A stretch of 64,000 nt of DNA from an uncultured Acidobacteriota bacterium (GTDB lineage Bacteria; Acidobacteriota; Terriglobia; Terriglobales; Acidobacteriaceae). The notes beneath the pieces are model-generated. The model was not told the DNA's origin and did no database searches. It worked only from the letters and a program-made list of their open reading frames with translations. Of this stretch, positions 50,266 through 60,718 are shown one piece after another (position 1 is the stretch's first letter; every line of letters begins with the position of its first letter). Both the position numbers and the translations under genes were made by a program. The stretch is from the NCBI GenBank assembly GCA_963830785.1, contig CAWHNV010000045.1, forward strand, positions 2,792 through 66,791, given 5' to 3'.

Positions 50266-51155
50266 CGCTTCATCAGCCTCCTGGAACGCTTCACTTCATC
50301 GGGACTCGAAACCTCGATGGCTTCCAGCGGACTGGCAACAGCCTGCAGATGGCGGCGGGACAGATGCAGGTAGAGTGCCGTGTCGCCGATCTTGGCATGG
50401 CCAAGCAGAACCTGGATAGTGCGCAGGTCAGCACCGGCTTCAAGCATGTGCGTCGCGAAGCTGTGTCGAAGCAAATGAGGCGCGACACGCTTGTTGATGG
50501 CAGCCCGCTTACCAGCTTCGTTGACGGCCTTCCACACCACCTTCGGGGTAATAGGCTTATCGGCCCGCCAGTTGTTCACCGTGCCTGGGAACAGGTAGGT
50601 CCTGGGTTTCATCCAGCGCCAGTACTCACGCAGAGTCTCCAACAGCTTGGGACTCAATAGAACATCACGGTCCCGGCCGCCCTTGCCCTTGCGGACGCGA
50701 ATGACCATGCGGTCGCTGTCGACATCGGAGACCTTCAGATGGCAAAGCTCCGAGCAGCGCATGCCGGTTGAGTACAGTGTCATCACCATGGTGCGGCGCA
50801 TCAGGTTCTCTGCTGAATCAATCAGCCGCTGAACTTCTTCGGGGCTGAGTACAACGGGCAGTTGCCTGGGGCGCTTGGGAAATGGGATGTGCTCGGGGAG
50901 ATACGGCCGTCGCAGCGTCTTGACGTAGAGAAATCGCAAAGCTGCGGTGCACAATGCGATCGTCCCTGCCTGGAGCTTGCGTTCTCGAAACAGATAGGCC
51001 TGATACTGGCGGATGTGATCCGGTCCCAGCCTGTCTGGCGAGCGGTGAAAATACCTGGAAAAATCTTCCACCGCGTGCAGGTAGGTGTTGATCGTGTTCT
51101 GTGAGTAGTTACGACGCTGGAGCTCGTCCAGCATCTTCTGCCGAAGATGGGTCAC
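50262..51155 (-). CDS. tyrosine recombinase (IS91-associated)
   Basis: TGMRCSE, KGKGGRDR, HLLRHSFATH, LLGH, Y. Confidence 0.95.
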   Translation of the reverse strand: MTHLRQKMLDELQRRNYSQNTINTYLHAVEDFSRYFHRSPDRLGPDHIRQYQAYLFRERKLQAGTIALCTAALRFLYVKTLRRPYLPEHIPFPKRPRQLPVVLSPEEVQRLIDSAENLMRRTMVMTLYSTGMRCSELCHLKVSDVDSDRMVIRVRKGKGGRDRDVLLSPKLLETLREYWRWMKPRTYLFPGTVNNWRADKPITPKVVWKAVNEAGKRAAINKRVAPHLLRHSFATHMLEAGADLRTIQVLLGHAKIGDTALYLHLSRRHLQAVASPLEAIEVSSPDEVKRSRRLMKR

Positions 51156-51302
51156 AAAAACCTCCTTGTGACCCAAAACTTAAATGGCCTGAAAGGCTCG
51201 GTGACCACCACCGCCGCAGCGTCCGCCGCGCCGCAGGCTTAGTTCAAACGCCGCAGCGTCCGGGCGTGCGGCCGTGCCCAGCCGATCGGCGATTCCGCTC
51301 CC

Positions 51303-51348
51303 GGCCCCTCAGTCCCTTAGCCCCTCAGCCCCTTAGTCCCTCGTTCCC
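51303..51348. repeat. short tandem 7-8-nt repeats (CCCTYAGY-type)
   Basis: CCCCTCAGTCCCTTAGCCCCTCAGCCCCTTAGTCCC; similar array at 51941-52009. Confidence 0.7.
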
Positions 51349-51357
51349 GCCCACCCC

Positions 51358-51888
51358 CTATCTCGGAGCAGGCACGAACCTGCCGGTCTTCTCATTCCTC
51401 CATCCATCCCCAACCCACACATCGCCCACCTCCGGCTTTTCCTCCTCCCACTCCGGCTCTGAGCACAACTGTTCCACCCAGGGAAGCACCCCCCGTTTCT
51501 TCTTCTTTTTCTCTTGCGGCTTGCGCTCTTTTCCGCGCTCAGCCAGGGTCACCAGCAGCCGCGTGCTTTCCACCTTGCCTTCCTTCGCTTTTTCCAGCAG
51601 TAAATCCGCCAGCTCTTCGCTGGCACTGCGCAGACGCCGGTCCGCCGCCTGTTTCAGTTGCTTCAGCCCGTTCCCCCGGCTTTTCTTTTCGAGCTCTTTC
51701 TTTTCCGGCTCCGGCGCCGCGGCCATTTGCCCCTCCATCTTTTCCGTTTCCTGTTTCCCGCGCGCCACTCCCGCCGCCGAATCCGCAGCGGATTTTCCGT
51801 TCACCCTCTTCGGCCCGGGCGCAACCCTCCTGGCCCTCTTGCCCGCCGCCCTCTTCGCTTCCACCGTTCCCAGCCGTATCTCCGCCAT
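51358..51888 (-). CDS. basic hypothetical protein
   Basis: LADLLLEKAKEGKVESTRLLV...SEPEW. Confidence 0.6.
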   Translation of the reverse strand: MAEIRLGTVEAKRAAGKRARRVAPGPKRVNGKSAADSAAGVARGKQETEKMEGQMAAAPEPEKKELEKKSRGNGLKQLKQAADRRLRSASEELADLLLEKAKEGKVESTRLLVTLAERGKERKPQEKKKKKRGVLPWVEQLCSEPEWEEEKPEVGDVWVGDGWRNEKTGRFVPAPR

Positions 51889-51992
51889 CTCGCCGCCCAC
51901 CCCGCCCTTCCCGCGCCCCACCGGCTTTGCCGGGTTCTCTCAGTCCCCTAGTCCCTCAGTCCCTGGTCCCTGTTTTTCTGATCCTTGGTCCC

Positions 51993-52349
51993 TCAGTCCC
52001 TGGTCCCTGCCCCCAACACCTTCCTCCACAACCTCTCCTCTGCTAGGTGCTCGAACGTCTTGCCGTTCACCGGCACCACCCCGTACAACACTTTGCAGCC
52101 CATCGCCTCCGCCATACGGCCCAGCGACTTGAGTGTGATCGTCCTCTTCAGTTCCCTCACCTCAAAATCCTGTACTGTTGAATGTCCCACCCCGCTCTTT
52201 TCCGCGATCTCCGCCAGGGGAATCCGCAGCGCCTCCCGCACCGCACGCAGCAGCCCGTCTGTGGAGTTTGCCTCCCTTCCCGCCCTTCTGAACGGACTCA
52301 TCTCCTCGTCCAGCTTCCGCCGCAGCAGTTTCCGGTCCCTTTCGATCAT
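51993..52349 (-). CDS. mobile mystery protein A-like XRE HTH
   Basis: LLRAVREAL...E....ITLKSL..MAEAMGCKVLYGVVP. Confidence 0.75.
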   Translation of the reverse strand: MIERDRKLLRRKLDEEMSPFRRAGREANSTDGLLRAVREALRIPLAEIAEKSGVGHSTVQDFEVRELKRTITLKSLGRMAEAMGCKVLYGVVPVNGKTFEHLAEERLWRKVLGAGTRD

Positions 52350-52720
52350 CTCCACAACCTCGCTCCCCACCTTCTAATTCCACCTTAGCGAAAAGCGCGT
52401 AATTATCTGCAAAACGCGGTCCTGGAAGTCATTTTTAGAGGCCGTTTTTCATTTTTTCGCCTGCGTAAAAACCGCTAAACCGCCCCAAATCCGCCTGCCT
52501 ATGAGCCGGCATTTGCGTCCCAACGCAGTCTCGCTCCCGATCTACCGTCTTATAAGCCTGCGATTTTTTGCCCTTGCGCATGCTTATACACAGTCAACAC
52601 ACCGCACCCATCCGCCCAACGCGCTCACTTGCCGGCCATCTAGCTCCGCCAGCGCCGCTAACTCCGCCAACTCCGCTATTCTTACTGCAACGATCATTTC
52701 CCGAGAAGGAACCTGCTCCC

Positions 52721-54533
52721 TTGAAAAAAATCAGCCTCCTCACCCCAGCCGCCGCGGTCGCATTGCTGGCTTTGCTTTCGGGTCTTCGCGCGCAGAAGCT
52801 CCAACTCACGCCGCAGACCCAGGCGCCGGTGCCCGTCTCACTCGAAGACCGGCGCGCGGCCCTGAACGACATCTTCCACGAGTACTGGGAAGACCAGCTC
52901 AAGCACGATCCTGAGTTTGCGTCGGAGATCGGCGACAAGCGTTACAACGACCAGACCAGCGACTACTCCGTGAAGGCGGTGAACGACGCGCTGGCCCGCG
53001 AGCAGAACTTCCTGCTGCGCCTCGCGGTTATCGATCCCACTGGGCTCACTGACCAGGAGAAGATCAGCCAGGAGCTGCTCATGCGCCAATTTGAACTCGA
53101 CCAGGAGGGCGCGGAGTTCAAGGAGTGGGAGATGCCGGTGAACCAGATGGACGGCATCTACAGCGACTATCCGCAGCTCGCGGCCGAGCTGAGCTTCACC
53201 ACGGTGAAGGATTACGACGATTGGATCGCGCGCCTGCACGCGCTGCCCACGGCCTTTGCACAGGTTACCGAAAACATGTCGATCGGCATGGAAGACGGAC
53301 GCGTGCCGCCGAAGTATCTGCTCGAGAAAACCCTCGACGAGGTGAAGGAGCTGGCCAACCAGAAGCCCGAAGACTCGTCGCTGGCCCTGCCGCTCAAAAA
53401 CTTTCCCGCCGCGATTCCCGCCGCCGAGCAGGAGCGCATCAAGACCGAAATGCTCGACGTAATCGCCAAAGAAGACCTGCCCGCCTACTCGCGCCTCGCG
53501 CGCTTTCTTGAAGTGAGCTACATTCCAGCAGGCCGCGCCAAGCCCGGCATCGATTCCCTGCCCGACGGAGCAAAGTATTACCAGTTCCTGATCAAGCAGC
53601 ACCACGACCACCGACCTTACCGCGGACCAGATTCACCAGATCGGCCTGGACGAAGTGAAGAAGGACGAAGCCGAGATGCTGGCCATTGCGCAGAAGCTCG
53701 GCTTCCAGGATCTGAAGAGCTTCCGCGAAAGCCTGAAGTCGAATCCCAAGCTGCACCCGGCTTCAGCCGCGGCCCTGCTCGACGCCTATCGCGGCTATCT
53801 GAAGCCCATGCAGGCCAAGCTGCCGGAGCTTTTCGGCACGTTGCCCAAGGCGTCGTTCGAAGTGGTACCGGTGCCCGAATATGCCGAGAAGACCTCGGCG
53901 CCTGCGTATTACCAGCCAGGCACGCCCGACGGCACCCGGCCGGGACGCCTGTTCATCGACACCTATAACGCCACCCAACGAAATCTGTACGCGGTGGAGT
54001 CCATCGCTTACCACGAAGGCATTCCCGGCCATCACCTGCAGATTTCCATCGCGCACGAGCTCACGGGCTTGCCGGAATTCCGCAAGTACGGCCGCTACAC
54101 GGCCTACACCGAGGGCTGGGGACTCTACGCCGAGCGCCTGGGCAAAGACGTCGGCTTTTACCAGGATCCCTACTCCGATTACGGCCGCCTGGAAGCCGAC
54201 ATCTGGCGCGCCATCCGCCTCGTCGTCGACACCGGCGTCCACAGCGAAGCCTGGACCCGCGACCAGATGGTCCAGTACTTTCACGACCACTCCAATGTGG
54301 ATGAACCCAGCGTGCAGGCCGAAGTAGACCGTTACATTGCGTGGCCCAGCCAGGCCCTGGCCTACAAGATCGGCCAGTTAAAGATTCTGGAACTGCGCGA
54401 CCGGGCGCAAAAAGCCCTGGGCTCCAAGTTCGACATCCGCGCCTTCCACGACCAGGTCGTAGACGCAGGCGCATTACCGCTCGACGTACTCGAGCAGCGC
54501 ATCGACGCGTGGATTGCGAAAAGCAGGGACTAA
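52721..54533 (+). CDS. DUF885 family protein (1-bp frameshift near 53600)
   Basis: YHEGIPGHHLQ, YTEGWGLYAE, RLVVDTGVH, QALAYKIG; two ORFs join at IKQ/TTTT. Confidence 0.9.
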
Positions 54534-54689
54534 GGGGCTACGGAGCTGCGGGATCACCATTCTTCCAGTGGCCGAGAAGGTTGGATAGTGCTGCGACGGC
54601 TTGTGGCCGCTCTCCGCGCTGTAGGCAATCCACCGCCAATTTGTGCCAAGCCTGGAAAAGCTGATGCTCGCTCATCCTGGTAAGCGGTT

Positions 54690-56528
54690 TCAGCCGCCGA
54701 CCTTCTCGGTTAGCTCTACCCACCTCTCGTAGACGGAATGATGCTCGGCTTTTGCCGCTTCGAATTCGGCGAGGGCGGCCGTCAGAGCTTCGGGATCGGT
54801 GACAACTTCCGCAGCCTGGATGCGCTGTTCAGCGGCACGCAAGCGCGCGTCCGCTTCATCGATGCGATTTTCCAGGGTGTCGTACTCGCGCTGTTCCATG
54901 TAGGAGAGCTTCCTGCGAGTTGGAGACGTGGAAGCCAGGGCTGCCGCCGGTTGCGGCACTTGCTCTGCGGCGACCTCCACTTCGGCTCTGGTCTGCTGGT
55001 CGCGCCACGCTTCCCATTGCAAGTAGTCGGCGAAGAGCGCAGCGTTGCCACGACCGTCGAGCCCTAGAACCGCGTTGGTGACACGATCGAGCAGATAGCG
55101 ATCATGAGTCACCAGGACCAGTGCGCCGGGAAATTCGAGCAGTGATTCCTCGAGAATCTCGAGGGTTGGGATATCGAGGTCGTTGGTGGGCTCGTCGAGG
55201 ATCAGCACGTCGGCAGGCTGCAGCATGAGGCGAGCGATGAGGACGCGTGCGCGCTCGCCGCCGCTTAGGCGCTCTACCGGCTGATTGAGCTGCTCGCTCG
55301 AAAACAGAAAACGCGAAGCGTAGCTGGCGACGTGAACGAGGCGATCCTGATAAACGACAGAGTCGGAGTCGGGCGCAAGAGTGCGGCGAAGAGTGAGTGA
55401 AGTATCCAGCTCACGCATCTGCGAAAAATAGACGATGCGCAAGCCAGGTGCGCGACGGATTTCTCCAGCACTGAGCGTGATTTCGCCGGTAATGGCGCGC
55501 AGCAACGTGGTTTTACCGGAGCCGTTGGCGCCGGCGAGGCCGAGCTTCAGACCATTGGTCAGAGTGACGTTGACGCTGCGGAGGATTTCGCGATCGCCGA
55601 GCGTGACAGCGGCATTCTCGACTTCGATGAGACGTTTGGTTTGGCGGCCGGTGGCGTCGAAGACAATGCCGGCGGAGGCGATTCGTGTGCGCGATTCGGA
55701 GCCGCGCAGCTCCGAGATCAGGGCATTGGCATTGTCGATGCGGGCTTTGGATTTGGTGGTGCGCGCCTTGGGGCCGCGGCGGAGCCATTCCATTTCTATA
55801 TGGACGCGGTTACGCAAGCTCTCCTGGGCGCGCTGCTGCCACTCGACGTAGGCCCCTCGCTCTTCAAGAAACCTGGAATAGCTGCCCTTTACGCGCAGCA
55901 GGCCGTCGGAGTAAATGCGGTTGAGCTCGATGATCTGGGTGGCAACATTCTCCAGGAAATAACGATCGTGGGTGACGACGATGAAAGCGAAATTGGCGGC
56001 ACGGAGCAAGCCTTCCAGCCATTCAATGCCGTCAAGATCCAGGTGATTCGTGGGCTCGTCGAGAAGTAGCACCTGTGGCTCGATGACAAGAGCTTCGGCA
56101 ACGGCGAGCCGTTTGCGCCAGCCGCCGCTCAGGCTCGCGGCTTCACGATCCATGCCGGGGCTGGCGAGAGTGTCGCTGTCTGCAAAGCCGGCGCGACCGA
56201 GCGTTTCGCGCAGCCGCTGCTCGCGGGCGACAGCGGGAACCGCGGCCCGCTCGAGTGCGGCCTCGACGACCTCGCGAACCGTGATCGCGCGCGCGAAGTC
56301 TGAGATCTGGTGGACATAGCCGGTGCGAACGCCCTTACGGAAAGAGACTTCCCCGGAGTCGGGCTGCTGTTCCGCGCCAAGGATGGCGAGGAGAGTGGAT
56401 TTGCCCGCGCCGTTAGGACCGATGAGGCCGATACGATCGCCGTCGTGGACTGCACAGGATATGTTCTCGAAGAGTGGTGTAGCGCCGAAACGTTTGGAGA
56501 TATTCTGTGCGATCAGGATCGGCGGCAT
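54690..56528 (-). CDS. uup: ABC-F family ATPase (Uup-like)
   Basis: Two NBDs (GPNGAGKS, GANGSGKT); LSGG; linker EWLRRGPKARTTK; C-terminal KLSY.E coiled coil. Confidence 0.85.
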   Translation of the reverse strand: MPPILIAQNISKRFGATPLFENISCAVHDGDRIGLIGPNGAGKSTLLAILGAEQQPDSGEVSFRKGVRTGYVHQISDFARAITVREVVEAALERAAVPAVAREQRLRETLGRAGFADSDTLASPGMDREAASLSGGWRKRLAVAEALVIEPQVLLLDEPTNHLDLDGIEWLEGLLRAANFAFIVVTHDRYFLENVATQIIELNRIYSDGLLRVKGSYSRFLEERGAYVEWQQRAQESLRNRVHIEMEWLRRGPKARTTKSKARIDNANALISELRGSESRTRIASAGIVFDATGRQTKRLIEVENAAVTLGDREILRSVNVTLTNGLKLGLAGANGSGKTTLLRAITGEITLSAGEIRRAPGLRIVYFSQMRELDTSLTLRRTLAPDSDSVVYQDRLVHVASYASRFLFSSEQLNQPVERLSGGERARVLIARLMLQPADVLILDEPTNDLDIPTLEILEESLLEFPGALVLVTHDRYLLDRVTNAVLGLDGRGNAALFADYLQWEAWRDQQTRAEVEVAAEQVPQPAAALASTSPTRRKLSYMEQREYDTLENRIDEADARLRAAEQRIQAAEVVTDPEALTAALAEFEAAKAEHHSVYERWVELTEKVGG

Positions 56529-56680
56529 ACTTCCAGTCTAAGGGGGAGAGATCTCCCTCATTGGGCACATGGAGGCCCTGCTCGCCAGGTTATAGCCCAT
56601 TTTGTTGTCGATACATCATATTTCGATCATTCGTTTGTTCCTTTGCCACACAAACGAAACAACTGTGATATGATCACAAC

Positions 56681-58444
56681 TTGGTTCCTACTTCCGACAG
56701 GAGAGTGGTTGTGTACGACAGGTTCCCCAGCATCGCATCGGGAAGCGCCGATGAATGCCTGACCGGGTGGAATGCGATTGGCGAGCACTTGCGCCGTTGC
56801 GTGGGTTCGCGCGGAGTGATTGTTATTGAGGTCTATCCCGCGGTCGATCTCGACGAGATTGAGAATGCGTTGCGTCCCTTGTTCCCGGACGCGAGATTCG
56901 TGCGCATGGAGAACCTGCTGCGGCGGCCGTCTGAGATCGACGCAATAGTTGCACCTGTTCTCGGCGACGATCCCGTTTTCGGACAGATGAATTCGATCGA
57001 GATTGCGGATTTTTTCGATCCACGGAAACTGGCCGAGGCCAAGCAGAACTGTGCCGCGGCGCCAGGAGAATTGTCGATCTTCATCGGAACGGGAGCTTCA
57101 CTGCTATGTCCCGACCCGTCACTGCTCGTCTACGCGGATCTCGCGCGGTGGGAGATCCAGATGCGACAGCGCCGCGACGAAGTTGGCAACCTGGGGGCCG
57201 ACAACCGCAACGATCCGCCATTGCTGAAATACAAGCGGGCTTTCTTTGTCGACTGGCGCTCGGCCGACCGGCTCAAGGTTGGCCTGTACGATCGCATCGA
57301 TCTTCTTTTGGATACAAACACACCGGGAAAGCCGAAAGCCATCAGCGGAGATGTGTTTCGCCGCAGCTTGAAGAGCGCAATCGCGCGGCCCTTTCGCGTG
57401 GTTCCCTTTTTCGATCCCGGCCCGTGGGGCGGCCACTGGATGGAGCGCGTCCTTGGACTGCCTGTTGACAATGCTCCCAACCATGCGTGGTGCTTTGACT
57501 GCGTGCCGGAAGAGAACAGCCTGCTGCTTGGATTTGGCGAAGAGCGCGTGGAGATCCCGTCGATCAATCTTGTGTTCGCCCACCCCAAAGAATTGCTGGG
57601 CGAATCCGTGGTGGCACGATTTGGAGCGGAGTTTCCCATCCGCTTCGATTTCCTCGACACAGTGGGTGGCGGGAATCTTTCGCTGCAGGTTCATCCGCTG
57701 ACCTCGTATATTCGCGAGCATTTCGGAATGGACTACACGCAGGACGAGAGCTATTACATGCTCGACGCAGATAAAGGCGCCTGCGTTTACCTGGGCCTGA
57801 AAACGGGCATCGATCCCGCCGCGATGCTGCGCGATCTGCACCGCGCACAGGACGAAGACTTCCAGTTCCCGGCCGAGGAGTACGTCAATCGTTTTCCCGC
57901 GCAGAAGCACGACCACTTTCTGATTCCCGCTGGCACCGTCCATTGCTCCGGAAAAGACAGCATGGTGCTCGAGATCAGCGCTACTCCATATATCTTCACG
58001 TTCAAGCTGTGGGACTGGGGCCGGCTGGGACTGGATGGCCGTCCGCGGCCCATCCATCTCGATCGCGGCGCGGCGAATATCCAGTGGAATCGGACTACGG
58101 AATGGGTGCGGCGCTCGCTTATCAATCGCGTAGAACCGGTGGCTGAGGGCGATGGCTGGCGCGAAGAACGAACCGGGCTCCACGAGCTGGAGTTCATCGA
58201 GACTCACCGCCATTGGTTCACCGGAACGGTGCCGCACGATACCAGCGGAACCGTTCACGTGCTCAACCTGGTGGAAGGCGATGAGGTCGTGGTCGAGAGC
58301 CCGGCTGGCGCGTTCGCGCCGTTTGTCGTGCACTACGCAGAGACTTTTATCGTACCCGCGGCAGTGGGTCGTTACACTATCCGTCCAGTCGGCTCAACCG
58401 GCGGCCGCGAATATGGAACTATCCGGGCCAGCGTGCGCGCGTAG
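56681..58444 (+). CDS. class I mannose-6-phosphate isomerase-like cupin protein
   Basis: PWGG; LSLQVHP; QDESYY; IPAGTVH; LEIS. Confidence 0.85.
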   Translation: MVPTSDRRVVVYDRFPSIASGSADECLTGWNAIGEHLRRCVGSRGVIVIEVYPAVDLDEIENALRPLFPDARFVRMENLLRRPSEIDAIVAPVLGDDPVFGQMNSIEIADFFDPRKLAEAKQNCAAAPGELSIFIGTGASLLCPDPSLLVYADLARWEIQMRQRRDEVGNLGADNRNDPPLLKYKRAFFVDWRSADRLKVGLYDRIDLLLDTNTPGKPKAISGDVFRRSLKSAIARPFRVVPFFDPGPWGGHWMERVLGLPVDNAPNHAWCFDCVPEENSLLLGFGEERVEIPSINLVFAHPKELLGESVVARFGAEFPIRFDFLDTVGGGNLSLQVHPLTSYIREHFGMDYTQDESYYMLDADKGACVYLGLKTGIDPAAMLRDLHRAQDEDFQFPAEEYVNRFPAQKHDHFLIPAGTVHCSGKDSMVLEISATPYIFTFKLWDWGRLGLDGRPRPIHLDRGAANIQWNRTTEWVRRSLINRVEPVAEGDGWREERTGLHELEFIETHRHWFTGTVPHDTSGTVHVLNLVEGDEVVVESPAGAFAPFVVHYAETFIVPAAVGRYTIRPVGSTGGREYGTIRASVRA

Positions 58445-58449
58445 ACAAA

Positions 58450-60699
58450 CTACGCTCCCCAGAAAGCAGTCCAGGCAGCGGCCGCCGGATCGACGTTCAC
58501 AATGCCTTCGGCTGTGCCGCGCCGCGTTGCCCCCTCGACGCGAACCAGGACTGCGCCCGCATCGAGCTTGACGGGGATTTCGACGGCCACCGGCGGCTCC
58601 GCACTGCTTTCCCGCGAGAAATGCATCTTCCATCCGCGCGCGCCCCACGGCTGCGCTTCAAGTGAAACGAGGCCAAAGCGCGTGGGCGATCCCTGGAGGG
58701 AAAACGCGGCGCGATCTTTGAGGTCCACCGGCATGAGCCCAGCCAGCAGGCGAGGTTTGCGATCATCTTCGAGCACCAGCATGTGGCGCAAGTAACGGAT
58801 GCATTCGGCGCTGGCCCAGTTATGAGGCATGTCGCCCCAGGTATCGCCGAGCAGCGCATTCTGCATTGGCTGCTCTTCGCGCCAGGCGTGAAGCGGCGAT
58901 GCGTGATTCAGATATCCGGTAAATGTGCGATGCGCCCAATCTCGCATCCCGGCCCAGAGATAGACTTCAGCGACAAAAGCCGCGTTGTAGTTCCACACAG
59001 CTTCATGGCGAAGCCAACCCGTCTCGGCGGGAATGTCTTCCTGCGTGCATGCCTGCATGAGGGCAATATGCCCGCGCACAACGGGATCGTCTTTGGCGAA
59101 GACCTCGCCGGGAAAGATCGCGCGCGAAAGCGCCCATTGTGCGCTTTGCGGCCGCGGCCGGTCCCATGCGTCCAGGCGCATCTCCGGATCTTCGCGCATC
59201 AGCATGGGCAGATAGGTGAAACCGCGCGGATCGACGACCATCTGGTCGCGAGCCGCGACGGCGAAGGCCGCGAGCAGTTCTATGTAAAAAGCCGCGGCGC
59301 GATCCAGATCGGGCAAATGCAATTTTACGTTGACCTTTACGATGGCGCGCAGTCCTGCCAGCGTCCAGACCGTGTTGGTAAAGTCGTACCGCACGCCGGC
59401 AATGCCTCCGTCGGGAAAGCCTGGGGCGATGAGCCCATAGCGTCCGTTCGGCGAGTTGCCTTTGCGCGCTTCATCGCGGAGCCCGATCAGGAATTCGATG
59501 GCATGGCCGACGTTAGGCGCAAGTTGCCGCAGTAAATCCCAATTCTGCTTCAGCTCGCAGGCCCGCACCAGAGTGAACATGGCAATGGCTGTGTCTTTCC
59601 AGTGCTCCTTGCCGCCCGACGCAATGATCTGGCCGGAGGCGACTTGCTGTCTCCACTCGGAAAGCAATCCCTGGTCGGCTTCTTCGTCGTAGCCGAGATA
59701 GCGCGCCGCCTCGAGAAGAAAATTGCCGTCGACGATCCAGAGCCCGCGATAGACGGTCGGGCCCACTTCGAAAACCAGTTTTCCATTTTTGATTTCGCGC
59801 GCCTGCTGGATATTCCGCGCGCACGCGGTCAGGAAATCTCCCTCCGTGGCGGGCACCGACCACCCGACCGGATCCGCAAATGGACGCCATTGCTGCCACC
59901 AGGCGCGCACTTCCGCGAGCAGCGAATCCGGATCGGCCGACGCGTCGATCGTATCGCTGCTGCCGGGCTGCGGCATGCGAAAGAAATAGCGCAGCGGCTG
60001 GTTTCGCGTGGCGGTTCCGTGCGCGAGGGTAAGGCGGTAGCCGCCCTCCTCCGGAAGCCACATACCGTCGTGGGCCTGATTGTTCTGGGGAATGCAGAGC
60101 ATCCAGGGCTTCTCTGCCGATTCCCTCATCACTTCGGTCGCCATACCGTTCTGCTTCAGGCTGTATTTGGAGCCGCTGCGAATGCGTAGCAGAGGAGCGG
60201 CGACCACATCTTGATCCCGCGCGCGAATTTCCATCAGGACGTTATCGACACGGCCCTCATTCTGCCTGCGACTGGCAAAGGCGATCAGTTCCATGCTGGC
60301 GGTGGGTCTCTCAATGACCGTATGCAGGATGGGAATCCCGGCCGATTCCATCTTCTGTTCAACCCAGGTGTCGCGATCCATGCCTCCGAGGGTGAACTCC
60401 ACAATGGTGCCGAATTGATTGATGGCGGCGAACCGGTCGTCGGGAAAGTCGTAGCGAAGATCGCCGTGCTTGCCCACCAGGGTTTTCACCGGATCGTCGG
60501 GAAAGCAGATCGTCGATTGGAAATCCTCCGGCGCAAAGCGAAAATCGGCTGTGGTGTTGAAGCCGGTCTGCGCTTCGTTGCCGCGGCTATTTTCCTGGTC
60601 TGGCTTCTCGCCGGCTCGGGCTGCGGGCATCGCCAGACCTGAAAGGAATGCGGACGCCGCCCCTCCGGCAAGAAAGGTGCGTCGATCGATTGGCTTCAT
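58450..60699 (-). CDS. Tat-exported glycoside hydrolase-like protein ((alpha/alpha)6 type)
   Basis: DRRTFL Tat motif; YRGLWIVDG; GDMPHNWA. Confidence 0.75.
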   Translation of the reverse strand: MKPIDRRTFLAGGAASAFLSGLAMPAARAGEKPDQENSRGNEAQTGFNTTADFRFAPEDFQSTICFPDDPVKTLVGKHGDLRYDFPDDRFAAINQFGTIVEFTLGGMDRDTWVEQKMESAGIPILHTVIERPTASMELIAFASRRQNEGRVDNVLMEIRARDQDVVAAPLLRIRSGSKYSLKQNGMATEVMRESAEKPWMLCIPQNNQAHDGMWLPEEGGYRLTLAHGTATRNQPLRYFFRMPQPGSSDTIDASADPDSLLAEVRAWWQQWRPFADPVGWSVPATEGDFLTACARNIQQAREIKNGKLVFEVGPTVYRGLWIVDGNFLLEAARYLGYDEEADQGLLSEWRQQVASGQIIASGGKEHWKDTAIAMFTLVRACELKQNWDLLRQLAPNVGHAIEFLIGLRDEARKGNSPNGRYGLIAPGFPDGGIAGVRYDFTNTVWTLAGLRAIVKVNVKLHLPDLDRAAAFYIELLAAFAVAARDQMVVDPRGFTYLPMLMREDPEMRLDAWDRPRPQSAQWALSRAIFPGEVFAKDDPVVRGHIALMQACTQEDIPAETGWLRHEAVWNYNAAFVAEVYLWAGMRDWAHRTFTGYLNHASPLHAWREEQPMQNALLGDTWGDMPHNWASAECIRYLRHMLVLEDDRKPRLLAGLMPVDLKDRAAFSLQGSPTRFGLVSLEAQPWGARGWKMHFSRESSAEPPVAVEIPVKLDAGAVLVRVEGATRRGTAEGIVNVDPAAAAWTAFWGA

Positions 60700-60718
60700 C
60701 GTTCCATTCTCCGCGAAG

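Larger units (their letters stand above)
48726..51250 (-). mobile_element. IS91-like element (tyrosine recombinase + Y2 HUH transposase); ends approximate
   Basis: Overlapping integrase-transposase pair; 14/15 inverted motif CGTTTGAACTGAGCC (48807) / GGCTTAGTTCAAACG (51236). Confidence 0.8.

Noticed and set aside
51101-52132. 343-aa plus-strand ORF
   Set aside because: Low-complexity Ser/Pro/Phe shadow of minus-strand genes and repeats.
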